From the sequence record LC727698.1: 64,000 nucleotides of DNA, one strand, 5' to 3'. Both the position numbers and the translations under genes were made by a program. This document shows, in pieces, positions 8,280-17,423 of the stretch (the stretch's first letter is position 1; every line of letters begins with the position of its first letter). The notes under the pieces were generated by a model, which saw nothing but the letters and a program-made list of their open reading frames with translations, was not told where the DNA came from and did no database searches.

Positions 8280-10565
8280 ATGAAAGGGATTTTTGTTATT
8301 AAACGTGACGGTACCAAAGAAGAATTTGATCCAGAAAAAATTCATAAAATTTTATATTGGGCAACCGAGGGTCTAACAGGTGTATCTGTGTCTCATTTAG
8401 AAATGAAGGCACAATTGCAATTATACCCCGGCATCACAACTGATACTATTCATGAAATTTTAATTGCTGCTGCACATGAATTAATTTCTGAAGAAAGTCC
8501 TAATTACCAATGGGTTGCAGCAAGGCTTCGACTGTTTCAAATTAGAAAAGAAGCATTAGGTCAGTATGATACCATTCCTGTTTATGATTTAGTACAAAGA
8601 AATATCAAATTAGGATATTATACAAAAGAGTTGTTAGATTGGTATACAAAGGAAGAATGGGATCATTTCGATAATGTAATAGATCATTCGAGGGATTTTA
8701 ACCATGCCTATGCAGGTATGGAACAATTTCGTGGAAAATATTTAGTTCAAGATAGAGTTACTAAGAAAGTATTTGAAACCCCTCAATACCTAAATCTTTT
8801 AGTTGCAGCAACTATGTTCCATAAGTATACAGGAAAAGAACGAGTTGCTATAGTAAAAGAATGTTATGATTTATTAAGTACTGGTGTAATTTCCTTGCCA
8901 ACACCCATTATGGCAGGTCTTAGAACCTCTGTAAAACAATTTAGTTCATGTGTATTAATCGAAACTGATGATAGCTTAGATTCTATAAATGCTACAACTA
9001 GTTCTATTGTTAAATATATTAGTCAAAAGGCAGGGATAGGCATACACGGCGGTCATATACGTGCATTAGGGGCAAAGATAAGAAATGGTGATACAAAACA
9101 TACTGGCGTAACTCCGTTTTATAGAATGTTCCAGGCTGCTGTTAAATCTTGTTCTCAAGGCGGCGTGCGAGGCGGCGCCGCTACACTTTCTGCTCCCTAT
9201 TGGCATCTAGAAATTGAAACAATTCTTAATCTTAAAAATAATAAAGGAACTGAAGAGAATTCAGTCAGACACATGGATTATTGCATACTGTTTAACAGAT
9301 TTGCATATTCTAGATTGTTAGAAAATGGTAATATAACATTATTCAGTCCGAACGAAGTGCCTGATTTACAAAAAGCGTTTTATGATGATCAAAAAGAATT
9401 TGAACGTCTTTATGTAAAATACGAAAATACTAAGGGAATTATTAAGCATACTATTAGTGCCGAAGAACTGTTTGATAAGTTTATAACAGAACGAAAAGAA
9501 ACTGGCCGTATATATTTAATGAATATTGATCATGCAAATGATCATGGTGCATTTATTCCCGAATTTGCACCGATTAAAATGACAAATTTGTGTACCGAAA
9601 TTACACTTGCAACTAAACCTCTTAAACATGTATATGATGAAGAAGGTGAAATAGCGCTATGTACACTTGCAGCAATTAATTTAGGTTTAGTTAAGAAAAA
9701 AGAAGATTTGCAACGACCTGCCGAAATATTAGTGAGAGGTTTAAACGAGTTACTAGATTATCAAAATTATCCGATTCCTGCCGCAAAAAATTCTACACTT
9801 AAATATCGTCCGTTGGGAATAGGAGTTATTAATCTTGCATATTGGTTGGCTAAAAATAATTTCAAATATACCGATAACAGCGGATTAGAAGCATGGGATG
9901 AGTTAATGGAAGCATTCCAGTATTATTTAATTAAAGCTAGTTCGGACATAGCAAAAGAAAAAAATGCTACAATACCGGGATGGGATAATATAAAATATAG
10001 CAGGAATATTTTCCCTATAGATACTTATAAAACAAGTGTAGACCAATTAGTTAAAAATGTACAAAGAATGCCATGGGATGAACTGAGAGAACAAGTGGCA
10101 CAGTATGGCATGTATAATAGTAATCTATCTAGTTTTATGCCATCAGAGACATCTGCGCAAATAAGTAATGCAACTAATGGTATAGAACCGCCTAGAGCAT
10201 TTATTAGTGTAAAAGGATCGGGCGAAGGTAGACTTAAACAAGTGGTACCTGGATTCCCTAAACTAAAGAATAGATACGAACTTTTATGGGATATGAAGAG
10301 TTGTACTGGTTATTTAAATCTAGTAGCAGTTGCACAGAAATATCTAGATCAGGCAATTTCTACAAATACATTTTATAATCCAGAACACTACGAGAATGAT
10401 GAAATTCCGAAATCAGTAATGATCAAAGATCTGCTATATGCATATAAAATGGGTTTAAAAACACTTTATTACCATAATACATACGATGGTCAAACAGACG
10501 ACGTAGAGGCTGATATTTCATCTGCTATTGCTGACGAAGAAGATTGCGATTCTTGCAAAATATAA
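8280..10565 (+). CDS. nrdA: ribonucleotide reductase class Ia alpha subunit
   Basis: N-terminal ATP cone (VIKRDG), PTP, SSC, GGVRGG, TNLCTE, PSETSAQI, C-terminal CDSCKI. Confidence 0.98.
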   Translation: MKGIFVIKRDGTKEEFDPEKIHKILYWATEGLTGVSVSHLEMKAQLQLYPGITTDTIHEILIAAAHELISEESPNYQWVAARLRLFQIRKEALGQYDTIPVYDLVQRNIKLGYYTKELLDWYTKEEWDHFDNVIDHSRDFNHAYAGMEQFRGKYLVQDRVTKKVFETPQYLNLLVAATMFHKYTGKERVAIVKECYDLLSTGVISLPTPIMAGLRTSVKQFSSCVLIETDDSLDSINATTSSIVKYISQKAGIGIHGGHIRALGAKIRNGDTKHTGVTPFYRMFQAAVKSCSQGGVRGGAATLSAPYWHLEIETILNLKNNKGTEENSVRHMDYCILFNRFAYSRLLENGNITLFSPNEVPDLQKAFYDDQKEFERLYVKYENTKGIIKHTISAEELFDKFITERKETGRIYLMNIDHANDHGAFIPEFAPIKMTNLCTEITLATKPLKHVYDEEGEIALCTLAAINLGLVKKKEDLQRPAEILVRGLNELLDYQNYPIPAAKNSTLKYRPLGIGVINLAYWLAKNNFKYTDNSGLEAWDELMEAFQYYLIKASSDIAKEKNATIPGWDNIKYSRNIFPIDTYKTSVDQLVKNVQRMPWDELREQVAQYGMYNSNLSSFMPSETSAQISNATNGIEPPRAFISVKGSGEGRLKQVVPGFPKLKNRYELLWDMKSCTGYLNLVAVAQKYLDQAISTNTFYNPEHYENDEIPKSVMIKDLLYAYKMGLKTLYYHNTYDGQTDDVEADISSAIADEEDCDSCKI

Positions 10566-10570
10566 TATAA

Positions 10571-10591
10571 AAAGGGAACATTGTTCCCTTT
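10571..10591 (+). terminator. hairpin between nrdA and nrdB (terminator or processing site)
   Basis: AAAGGGAACA-t-TGTTCCCTTT then atta. Confidence 0.55.
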
Positions 10592-10618
10592 ATTACACAC
10601 AATATAAGGATAACATAC

Positions 10619-11758
10619 ATGAAATTTAAAACATTTGAACCAGAACAATTTGATGCTACCAAAGAAGCTATGTTCTTCGGTCGGCCAATAAACGTATCTA
10701 GGTTTGATAGACAAAAATATTCATTTTTCGAAAAACAAACTAGAAAACAGATAGGTTTCTTCTGGGTACCAGAAGAAATAGCAATGGATCAAGATAAAGA
10801 TGATTTTCATCGCAAATTAGACGCAGCCGGCAAACATATTTTTACATCAAATCTCAGTTATCAGATTTTGCTAGATTCTGTTCAGGGTAGAGCACCTAAT
10901 ATTGCACTTACTCCGTTTGTGTCTATTCCGGAATTAGAAGGATTTATTCTTGCATGGACTTTTATGGAAAGTATACATTCGAGAAGTTATTCTCACTTAA
11001 TTAGGAATGTGTATCATGATCCAAAAGATGTGTTAGATAATGTAGTAAAAATAGAACCCATCATCGAACGTGCTAGCGCAGTTACAAAATACTATGACGA
11101 GTTTATAGAATATGGTAATTGGTACAATATGCTAGGATATGGTAATCATATTGTAAACGGTAAAGAAATAGATATAAATCCGAAAAAATTAATGACATTA
11201 TTCTATAAAATGATGGTAGCCATAAACATACTAGAAGGTGTCAGATTTTATGTTTCGTTTGCATGTACTTGGGCATATAGTGAATCGTTAAAATTAATGA
11301 ATAAATCTGCAAAAATAATTAAAATGATTTGCAGAGATGAAAACGTACACTTGGCAGTTACTACTACTATTCTTAAAAAGTTTGCAGATGGCTCAGAAGG
11401 CGAAGAATGGAAACAAATTGCAGAAAATTGCAAAGATGAAGTTTATGCTATGTATGAAGAAGCTGTTCAACAAGAACGCGAATGGGCAGATTATTTGTTT
11501 AAAGATGGTTCTATTGTAGGTTTATCGTCTGCCATACTAAAACAGTATGTTGAGTTTATTGCAGATAGACGTTTGCATGCATTAGGTATGCAAAAAATAT
11601 ACAAACATGCTAGTAATCCACTTCCATGGACAGAGCATTGGATTGGTTCTAAAACAACCCAAGTAGCGCCGCAAGAAGAGGAAATTACTTCGTATACTCA
11701 GGGCGGAGTAAAAAATGATATTTCTGAAATTTATAATACAGGATTTAGTTTAGACTAA
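10619..11758 (+). CDS. nrdB: ribonucleotide reductase class Ia beta subunit
   Basis: FFW.PEE, LLDSVQGR, ESIHSRSY (radical Tyr), LEGVRFYVSF, RDENVH, C-terminal APQE.E...Y. Confidence 0.97.
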   Translation: MKFKTFEPEQFDATKEAMFFGRPINVSRFDRQKYSFFEKQTRKQIGFFWVPEEIAMDQDKDDFHRKLDAAGKHIFTSNLSYQILLDSVQGRAPNIALTPFVSIPELEGFILAWTFMESIHSRSYSHLIRNVYHDPKDVLDNVVKIEPIIERASAVTKYYDEFIEYGNWYNMLGYGNHIVNGKEIDINPKKLMTLFYKMMVAINILEGVRFYVSFACTWAYSESLKLMNKSAKIIKMICRDENVHLAVTTTILKKFADGSEGEEWKQIAENCKDEVYAMYEEAVQQEREWADYLFKDGSIVGLSSAILKQYVEFIADRRLHALGMQKIYKHASNPLPWTEHWIGSKTTQVAPQEEEITSYTQGGVKNDISEIYNTGFSLD

Positions 11759-11782
11759 ATAAATTAAAATACAGGAGTTCAT

Positions 11783-12805
11783 ATGCCAGAAGCAGTAAGA
11801 TTAGGGGATATATGTAGCGGTCATCAAATTGGATATCCACCGCGCCCGAATGTTCAGGGTAGTCCTAACGTATTCGTGAATAATTTGCCAGAACACCGAG
11901 TAACAGATAAGTGGGATGTGCATTGCAGTCCCGCTGGGTCCTGTCACAATAGTACGATGGCAGTAGGATCCCCTAACGTCTGGGTAAATAATCTTCCTGC
12001 TGCTAGGCTAGGCGATTTAGTCGGTTGTACTTCGTTGGCAGCTCAGGGTAGTCCAAACGTTTTTATTAATAACGGCAACACTGATCCTATAATAGTAGAT
12101 GATGTAATATTACCTAAAGACCAGAATGAATATATCAACGCAGTAGGAATTCTTCCTTGCGGTCCTTTAGATTATCAGGAAGGCGATCCTATTGCAGACG
12201 AATATGAAACAAATTCAGGGGGAGGACATTATCCTCCCCTACCCCAAACAACACCACCGCCGCCTATATCTAAACCTCCTGTAGATGAAAATAATAATAT
12301 TCCCCCGGCGCGACCGCCGATACCCACGGAATGTCCGGTCATAACAGGTAGCATAGATTATTCTATTAGATTAAGTCCTAATTTTACAATAGGGGATTTA
12401 TCTATAAAAGCCACATTTCCTCATGCTATAAAAGCACAACGTGGTCTAACTGTAAATGAAATAGTATGTAATCTTAAAAGTTTAGCAGAGCATTGCTTAG
12501 AACCTATTATAGCACAATATCCGGGAGCTAGAATAAATTCCGGTTTCAGGAATGTACAAAACGGTAAGTCTGATCACGAAAAGGGTTTTGCTGCCGATTT
12601 ACAATGGCCAGGAAAGTCGTATGATCAATTATGGCAAATGGTTTTGTGGGTAAAAGATAATGTCCCGTACAAACAACTTATATGGGAGCATGGCAACATG
12701 CCTTGGATACACATTGCATACGCAAGGACCGGCGAAACGTCTGCTACTAGGGTAATGACTATGTATCAGAATCAATATAGTCCCGGATTAAAGAAAATGC
12801 GTTAA
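11783..12805 (+). CDS. PAAR (gp5.4-like) domain fused to peptidase M15
   Basis: AVRLGD/EHRVTD/AARLGD repeats with GSPNVFVN and His/Cys; Pro-rich linker; SGFR, SDHEKGFAAD, WIHIAY M15 zinc motifs. Confidence 0.88.
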   Translation: MPEAVRLGDICSGHQIGYPPRPNVQGSPNVFVNNLPEHRVTDKWDVHCSPAGSCHNSTMAVGSPNVWVNNLPAARLGDLVGCTSLAAQGSPNVFINNGNTDPIIVDDVILPKDQNEYINAVGILPCGPLDYQEGDPIADEYETNSGGGHYPPLPQTTPPPPISKPPVDENNNIPPARPPIPTECPVITGSIDYSIRLSPNFTIGDLSIKATFPHAIKAQRGLTVNEIVCNLKSLAEHCLEPIIAQYPGARINSGFRNVQNGKSDHEKGFAADLQWPGKSYDQLWQMVLWVKDNVPYKQLIWEHGNMPWIHIAYARTGETSATRVMTMYQNQYSPGLKKMR

Positions 12806-12845
12806 CTAAATACATTAACTAGACACAAACACACAAGGAGAAAAA

Positions 12846-13070
12846 ATGTCTGCTAGTAAAACACCGTACGAAATTAGACTTAATATTTTAGAACTTGCTT
12901 ATAAAATCGTAAGAGATAAAAAACAAGCAGATTATATAAGTAAAAGCATACATTCATCTGGAAGTGTTGTCATAACAGAATGTATAGACATTTCGGCAGA
13001 TGAAGTAATAGAAGTAGCAAAAAAGCTTAATTCATTTATTTCTACGTCCGAAAAGAGACTAAATGGTTAA
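12846..13070 (+). CDS. conserved small phage protein
   Basis: SKTPYEIRL..L..A motif; strong AAGGAG RBS after a CA-rich leader. Confidence 0.7.
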   Translation: MSASKTPYEIRLNILELAYKIVRDKKQADYISKSIHSSGSVVITECIDISADEVIEVAKKLNSFISTSEKRLNG

Positions 13071-13278
13071 AATCCAAATACCTATACTAGATGAAAATAA
13101 ACGCGACATGATGTTATGGTGTTCTGAGAACGTTAGTCCTGCAGATTATTATATCATGTCGTCGTATGATAGTGAAAATTACAGAATATGTATTACTTTT
13201 GCGTTCTTTGAAGAAAGTGATGCACTTATGTTTATGTTATACTTTTCTATACCTGACAGTAATATTTATAGACATTGA
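13063..13278 (+). CDS. small protein, WCxEN paralogue family
   Basis: LWCSENV...FAF..ESDALMFML. Confidence 0.6.
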   Translation: MVKIQIPILDENKRDMMLWCSENVSPADYYIMSSYDSENYRICITFAFFEESDALMFMLYFSIPDSNIYRH

Positions 13279-13303
13279 CTTGCTACTACAACAGTTGTAT
13301 AAT
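13275..13303 (+). promoter_or_regulatory. sigma70 promoter
   Basis: TTGACT-17-TATAAT. Confidence 0.8.
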
Positions 13304-13335
13304 GTAACTATATTAGTACAACTGGATGAATAAAC

Positions 13336-14097
13336 ATGAACTTAGCACACTGTACTTCAGGCTATTCGAAAATGCTAGTTATTAGTGATATTCATTCGGC
13401 AGCTGACAAACTAAAACAAGCGTTAGACTATGCAACTAAACATGACATGTTTGTTGTATTTCTCGGCGATTTAGTCGACGGTGTAGTTAATGCAAAACCT
13501 ATGGAAACTCTATTAATGGTAAAATCAGTAATAGAGAGTAACTGCGGTGCATTAATTATAGGAAATCATGATGACAAATTCTATCGCTGGGCGCAAGGTA
13601 ACGAAGTTGTGTTGGGTAACCAACAGCAATCTACATTAGAAAGCATAGGCGATTATTTAATTTCTGAATTTTCCGACTGCATAACAGACATTATAACCAA
13701 TTGCAATGCATATTACTATGCATATTTAAACAATTGGTTATTTGCTCACGGTGCAGTAGCAGAATCCATGTGGGATTATCCTGTAGCAGTATCAAAGTAT
13801 GAGAGGTATATGTTACTGTACGGTCAAACCAATGGTCAACGTGATAATACAGGCTTTCCCGTTAGACTTTATAGTTGGACGGATCATGTCCCTTCGGGCA
13901 AATGGTGTATAGTAGGACACGATAGAGCACCTTTTCACGGAAAGAAAATAACACACCCCGTAATACATGTAAACAATAATAAAGGTAGGACTATCTTTAT
14001 GGACACGTCGTGCGGGAAAATACCGGAAGGTAAGCTTAGTTGTGCAATATTGGATATACAATCTGTTATTAGATTAGAGAAATTTATAGCAATATGA
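13336..14097 (+). CDS. calcineurin-like metallophosphoesterase (bacterial Pnkp-phosphatase/PrpE type)
   Basis: DIH, GDLVD, GNHD, HG, GH, DTSC motifs; LYGQTNG...GFPVR matches the Pnkp phosphatase signature LYGETTG...GLPVR. Confidence 0.85.
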   Translation: MNLAHCTSGYSKMLVISDIHSAADKLKQALDYATKHDMFVVFLGDLVDGVVNAKPMETLLMVKSVIESNCGALIIGNHDDKFYRWAQGNEVVLGNQQQSTLESIGDYLISEFSDCITDIITNCNAYYYAYLNNWLFAHGAVAESMWDYPVAVSKYERYMLLYGQTNGQRDNTGFPVRLYSWTDHVPSGKWCIVGHDRAPFHGKKITHPVIHVNNNKGRTIFMDTSCGKIPEGKLSCAILDIQSVIRLEKFIAI

Positions 14098-14462
14098 AAT
14101 ACTTGGCTGTAGTTGGCAGTAGAGGGTACATAGATTCTGACTTTATATTCTTGGTATTGGATGCACTTTTTACAGAATATATGTACGAAGGTATAGTATC
14201 GGGCGGATGTAAAAATAGTCCCGATGAAATAGCTGCTATATACGCAAACTTAAATAATATACCATTACTAGAAATAAAACCAAACTGGAAACAATACGGT
14301 AAATCTGCAGGTTTCAAAAGAAATGTAGAAATATGGGATAACGCACATTCTGGTGTTGCATTCTGGGATGGAGTCAGTAAAGGAACAAAACACAGCTTCT
14401 ATATAGCTAAAAGTCAAAATAAAGATATAATAATTTTTAAAGGAAAGGAGTTGTATGAATGA
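14094..14462 (+). CDS. SLOG superfamily protein (DUF2493/YspA-like)
   Basis: VVGSR, IVSGG, GKSAG..RN, AFWDG.SKGT. Confidence 0.85.
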   Translation: MKYLAVVGSRGYIDSDFIFLVLDALFTEYMYEGIVSGGCKNSPDEIAAIYANLNNIPLLEIKPNWKQYGKSAGFKRNVEIWDNAHSGVAFWDGVSKGTKHSFYIAKSQNKDIIIFKGKELYE

Positions 14463-14775
14463 TAGTTTTATGTTCTATGGCCAAATAATTAATTTTGTTG
14501 TTTTTGCCATAGTGGTTATTGTATCGTTTATTAAGATGATTTATATTATAGCTGACGATGAAACTGAAGACACTTTATCTGAAAAAATAAACAAACATCT
14601 GTTCGATTGGTTTTGGTTAGCAATAGGACAATTTTTATTCTGTTTTATTCCGTTATTATATACTGCATTCTGGGCAATTATTGTATTACAACACGTATTG
14701 GTTTTTATAACAAAACAAATAATAAATTCGAACTATATTCGAAAATACAGAACATTTAACAAACTTAAAAAATAA
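14455..14775 (+). CDS. putative membrane protein
   Basis: Two to three hydrophobic segments. Confidence 0.55.
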   Translation: MNDSFMFYGQIINFVVFAIVVIVSFIKMIYIIADDETEDTLSEKINKHLFDWFWLAIGQFLFCFIPLLYTAFWAIIVLQHVLVFITKQIINSNYIRKYRTFNKLKK

Positions 14776-15671
14776 TGAATAATTACGATCCGCAATATTT
14801 AAACATAATTAAAACTATTTTAGATACAGGTATAGATAGGGATGATAGGACCGGAATAGGATCCAGGGCCATTTGGGGTGCAAATATGCACATAAACTTA
14901 ACAGAAGGATTTCCTATTCAAACTTCACGACGTGCATCATTAAGAATTGCATTTGAAGAACTTATGTGGATGCTAAGAGGGCAAGTAGATTCTACAATTT
15001 TAAAAAATAAAAACATTAACATCTGGGAAGGAAATACTACTAGAGAATTTTTAGATAGTAGAAAATTAAATTATTTGCCAGTAGGCCATATCGGTAAAGG
15101 ATATGGATTCCAGATGAGAAATTTTGGAGGTCATTATTCTACTGTAAACGGAATCACGGATTACAGTAAACTTGACAATACTGGCATAGATCAGATAAAA
15201 AATTTAATAGAATCTTTAACTAAGGATCCACACTCTAGAAGACATATTGTTTTACACTGGAATCCTACCCAATTAGATGATGCTGCCTTACCTAGTTGTC
15301 ATTTATATCATCAGTATCAAATTCTTGATGGAAAATTAAATAGTAGTTTTGTTGCAAGAAGTCAAGATATATGCTTCGGCACACCCACTAATATAATGTT
15401 TTATTCTCTATTAAATCATTTTATAGCAAATGTACTCGGAATAGAACCGGGAATATTATACTATTCTGGAATGGATGTCCATATTTACAATAACCAAATG
15501 GACATGGCAAAAGAATTAATAACCAGGACCTGGCATGACTTACCTAAACTTATAATTAAAAAGGATTTAAAGACTTTAGATGATATATTGTCACTTGAAT
15601 TCGAAGATATAGAACTAGAAAATTACAAATGTAATCCAGATGTTTCTAATAAACCTAGGATGGCTATATAA
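14775..15671 (+). CDS. thyA: thymidylate synthase
   Basis: DRTGIG, FEELMW, LPSCH, RSQD...P.N, HIY. Confidence 0.95.
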   Translation: MNNYDPQYLNIIKTILDTGIDRDDRTGIGSRAIWGANMHINLTEGFPIQTSRRASLRIAFEELMWMLRGQVDSTILKNKNINIWEGNTTREFLDSRKLNYLPVGHIGKGYGFQMRNFGGHYSTVNGITDYSKLDNTGIDQIKNLIESLTKDPHSRRHIVLHWNPTQLDDAALPSCHLYHQYQILDGKLNSSFVARSQDICFGTPTNIMFYSLLNHFIANVLGIEPGILYYSGMDVHIYNNQMDMAKELITRTWHDLPKLIIKKDLKTLDDILSLEFEDIELENYKCNPDVSNKPRMAI

Positions 15672-15982
15672 TGAAAACTCCGATCAATGTAACATACGAT
15701 ATAGTTGATGTAGTGGAAACTTTAAAAAAAGTAGAGAAATTATTATCTACGCCAGATATTATAGACATTTTAGAAAAAGAAAATATAATGGATAAATTAA
15801 AAGGCGAAGATCATGTATATACATCTGAGTCTTTGCTAAGTATGCTAACTACTATGTGTGCTCGCATAAATGAAATTCAAACAGATGTATCATTGATAAA
15901 AAATACAGTTAATTCTATTAAAGATGCAATTGTATCAATGCCTAAAACAACCCCGTTACCTCATATTCCGCATTTATTTTAA
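15671..15982 (+). CDS. hypothetical protein
   Basis: 103-aa ORF coupled to thyA. Confidence 0.55.
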   Translation: MKTPINVTYDIVDVVETLKKVEKLLSTPDIIDILEKENIMDKLKGEDHVYTSESLLSMLTTMCARINEIQTDVSLIKNTVNSIKDAIVSMPKTTPLPHIPHLF

Positions 15983-16031
15983 CTATGCAGTTAATGTTGT
16001 TAAAACGTATCTAAATATCTTTGTCATTAGG

Positions 16032-16060
16032 TTGACACGGAAGAAAACGTATAGTATACT
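16032..16060 (+). promoter_or_regulatory. sigma70 promoter of the folE operon
   Basis: TTGACA-17-TATACT. Confidence 0.85.
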
Positions 16061-16073
16061 ATACAAATAATTA

Positions 16074-16132
16074 AAGCAAAGTGCAGGCGGCACTTTGCTT
16101 ATCAAACTAAAATGATTTCAGGAGGAAATCGT
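16074..16132 (+). promoter_or_regulatory. structured folE 5' leader
   Basis: 11-bp hairpin AAGCAAAGTGC-aggcg-GCACTTTGCTT, then ATGATTTC-aggag-GAAATCGT enclosing the SD and start of GTG. Confidence 0.55.
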
Positions 16133-16820
16133 GTCGTTAAACAAAACTAAAACTGATGCCGAACTAGGCAAAAAAGTACAGCAATATTTAATCCAACAAG
16201 GAGTAGAAACTCCTATGCAAGAGCAAACTCTAAACGTTAAAGAGCGGATAGATAAAATTGAATCTCATTTTGTCGAAATTATGAATGCACTTGCGTTGGA
16301 TCTTTCCGACGATAGTCTTGCAGAAACGCCTCGCCGAGTAGCAAAAATGTATGTATCTGAGATATTTTATGGATTGGATTATGAGGCATTTCCTAAATGC
16401 ACTACTATTGAAAATAAATTTAATGCAAATGAAATGGTCTTAGTAAAAGATATAGATTTATATTCTCAGTGCGAACATCATATTTTACCAATAATTTCTG
16501 GATCATCTTCTGGTCGAGGTGGAATATCGGTTGCTTATATTCCTAAAAATAAAGTAATAGGTCTCTCTAAATTAAATAGAGTGGCAGAATTTTTCTGCAA
16601 GCGACCTCAAGTTCAAGAACGACTCACATTGCAAATATTTCATGCATTACGGTATATTCTGGAAACAGACGATGTTGCTGTTTTAATTAACGGAAGGCAT
16701 CTGTGTGTGGAATCTAGGGGTGTAGAAGATACAAGTTCGAGTACGATAACTTCTAAATTAAGTGGTGCATTTAGCAACGATCCTGCCACCCGTGCAGAAT
16801 TTATGTCTCTTGTAAAATAA
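16131..16820 (+). CDS. folE: GTP cyclohydrolase I
   Basis: ETPRRVAKM, CEHH.LP, GLSKL.R, RPQVQERLT, HLC...RGV. Confidence 0.96.
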   Translation: MSLNKTKTDAELGKKVQQYLIQQGVETPMQEQTLNVKERIDKIESHFVEIMNALALDLSDDSLAETPRRVAKMYVSEIFYGLDYEAFPKCTTIENKFNANEMVLVKDIDLYSQCEHHILPIISGSSSGRGGISVAYIPKNKVIGLSKLNRVAEFFCKRPQVQERLTLQIFHALRYILETDDVAVLINGRHLCVESRGVEDTSSSTITSKLSGAFSNDPATRAEFMSLVK

Positions 16821-16824
16821 CAAA

Positions 16825-16857
16825 AACTACTATGGATAGGACCTATCCATAGTAGTT
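16825..16857 (+). repeat. 33-bp near-perfect palindrome
   Basis: AACTACTATGGATAGG-a-CCTATCCATAGTAGTT. Confidence 0.85.
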
Positions 16858-16887
16858 ACACATAGCATATTAATAAGGAATATAAAA

Positions 16888-17406
16888 TTGTGGCAGATTA
16901 ATAAAAGTTTCAGTTTTGCATATGCTCACAGAGTCCATAATCAACACTTAGATGCAGATTTAGTTGAAGACACCAAATGCAAATGCAGGCATTTACACGG
17001 ACATACAGGTAAAGTAGTTATTCATTTAACTGGAACTTCTTTAGTAAACGGTATGGTAACTGATTTTAAGCATTTAGGTTTTCTTAAAAAATTTATAGAT
17101 GACGTAATCGACCATAAGTTTATTATAGATGCAAACGATCCTAATTTTAGTAAGATAACCAATGCATCTAAATATTCTACTATAAGTTTTGAGCACTATG
17201 GAATATTCGATACATCCGAAGAGACAGTAGAACACGAAAAGGAACATGCAGATAGTTTTGTAATAGTAGATTTTGTTCCTACTGCAGAAAATTTAGCTAA
17301 ATGGATTTGGGAATATGCTGAAAGCATTTTAGAACAAAAAGGTATAACTGTTTCTAAAGTAGAATGGTGGGAAACTGATAAAGCTTGTGCAACATATATT
17401 GCATAA
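16888..17406 (+). CDS. queD: 6-carboxy-5,6,7,8-tetrahydropterin synthase (QueD/PTPS)
   Basis: F..AHR, C..LHGH, DF..LK, DHKF, PTAENLA; TTG start with AAGGA RBS. Confidence 0.9.
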   Translation: MWQINKSFSFAYAHRVHNQHLDADLVEDTKCKCRHLHGHTGKVVIHLTGTSLVNGMVTDFKHLGFLKKFIDDVIDHKFIIDANDPNFSKITNASKYSTISFEHYGIFDTSEETVEHEKEHADSFVIVDFVPTAENLAKWIWEYAESILEQKGITVSKVEWWETDKACATYIA

Positions 17407-17423
17407 TATAAAGGTAGATATAA

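Noticed and set aside
14775-15671. ThyA as a dCMP hydroxymethylase or other base-modifying paralogue
   Set aside because: Asn177 (RSQD...PTN), which specifies dUMP, is retained; dCMP hydroxymethylases have Asp there
16074-16110. preQ1-I riboswitch upstream of folE, suggested by the AAACUAA tail
   Set aside because: The 11-bp stem and AGGCG loop do not fit the short P1 with UUC-containing loop pseudoknot; kept only as an unclassified leader
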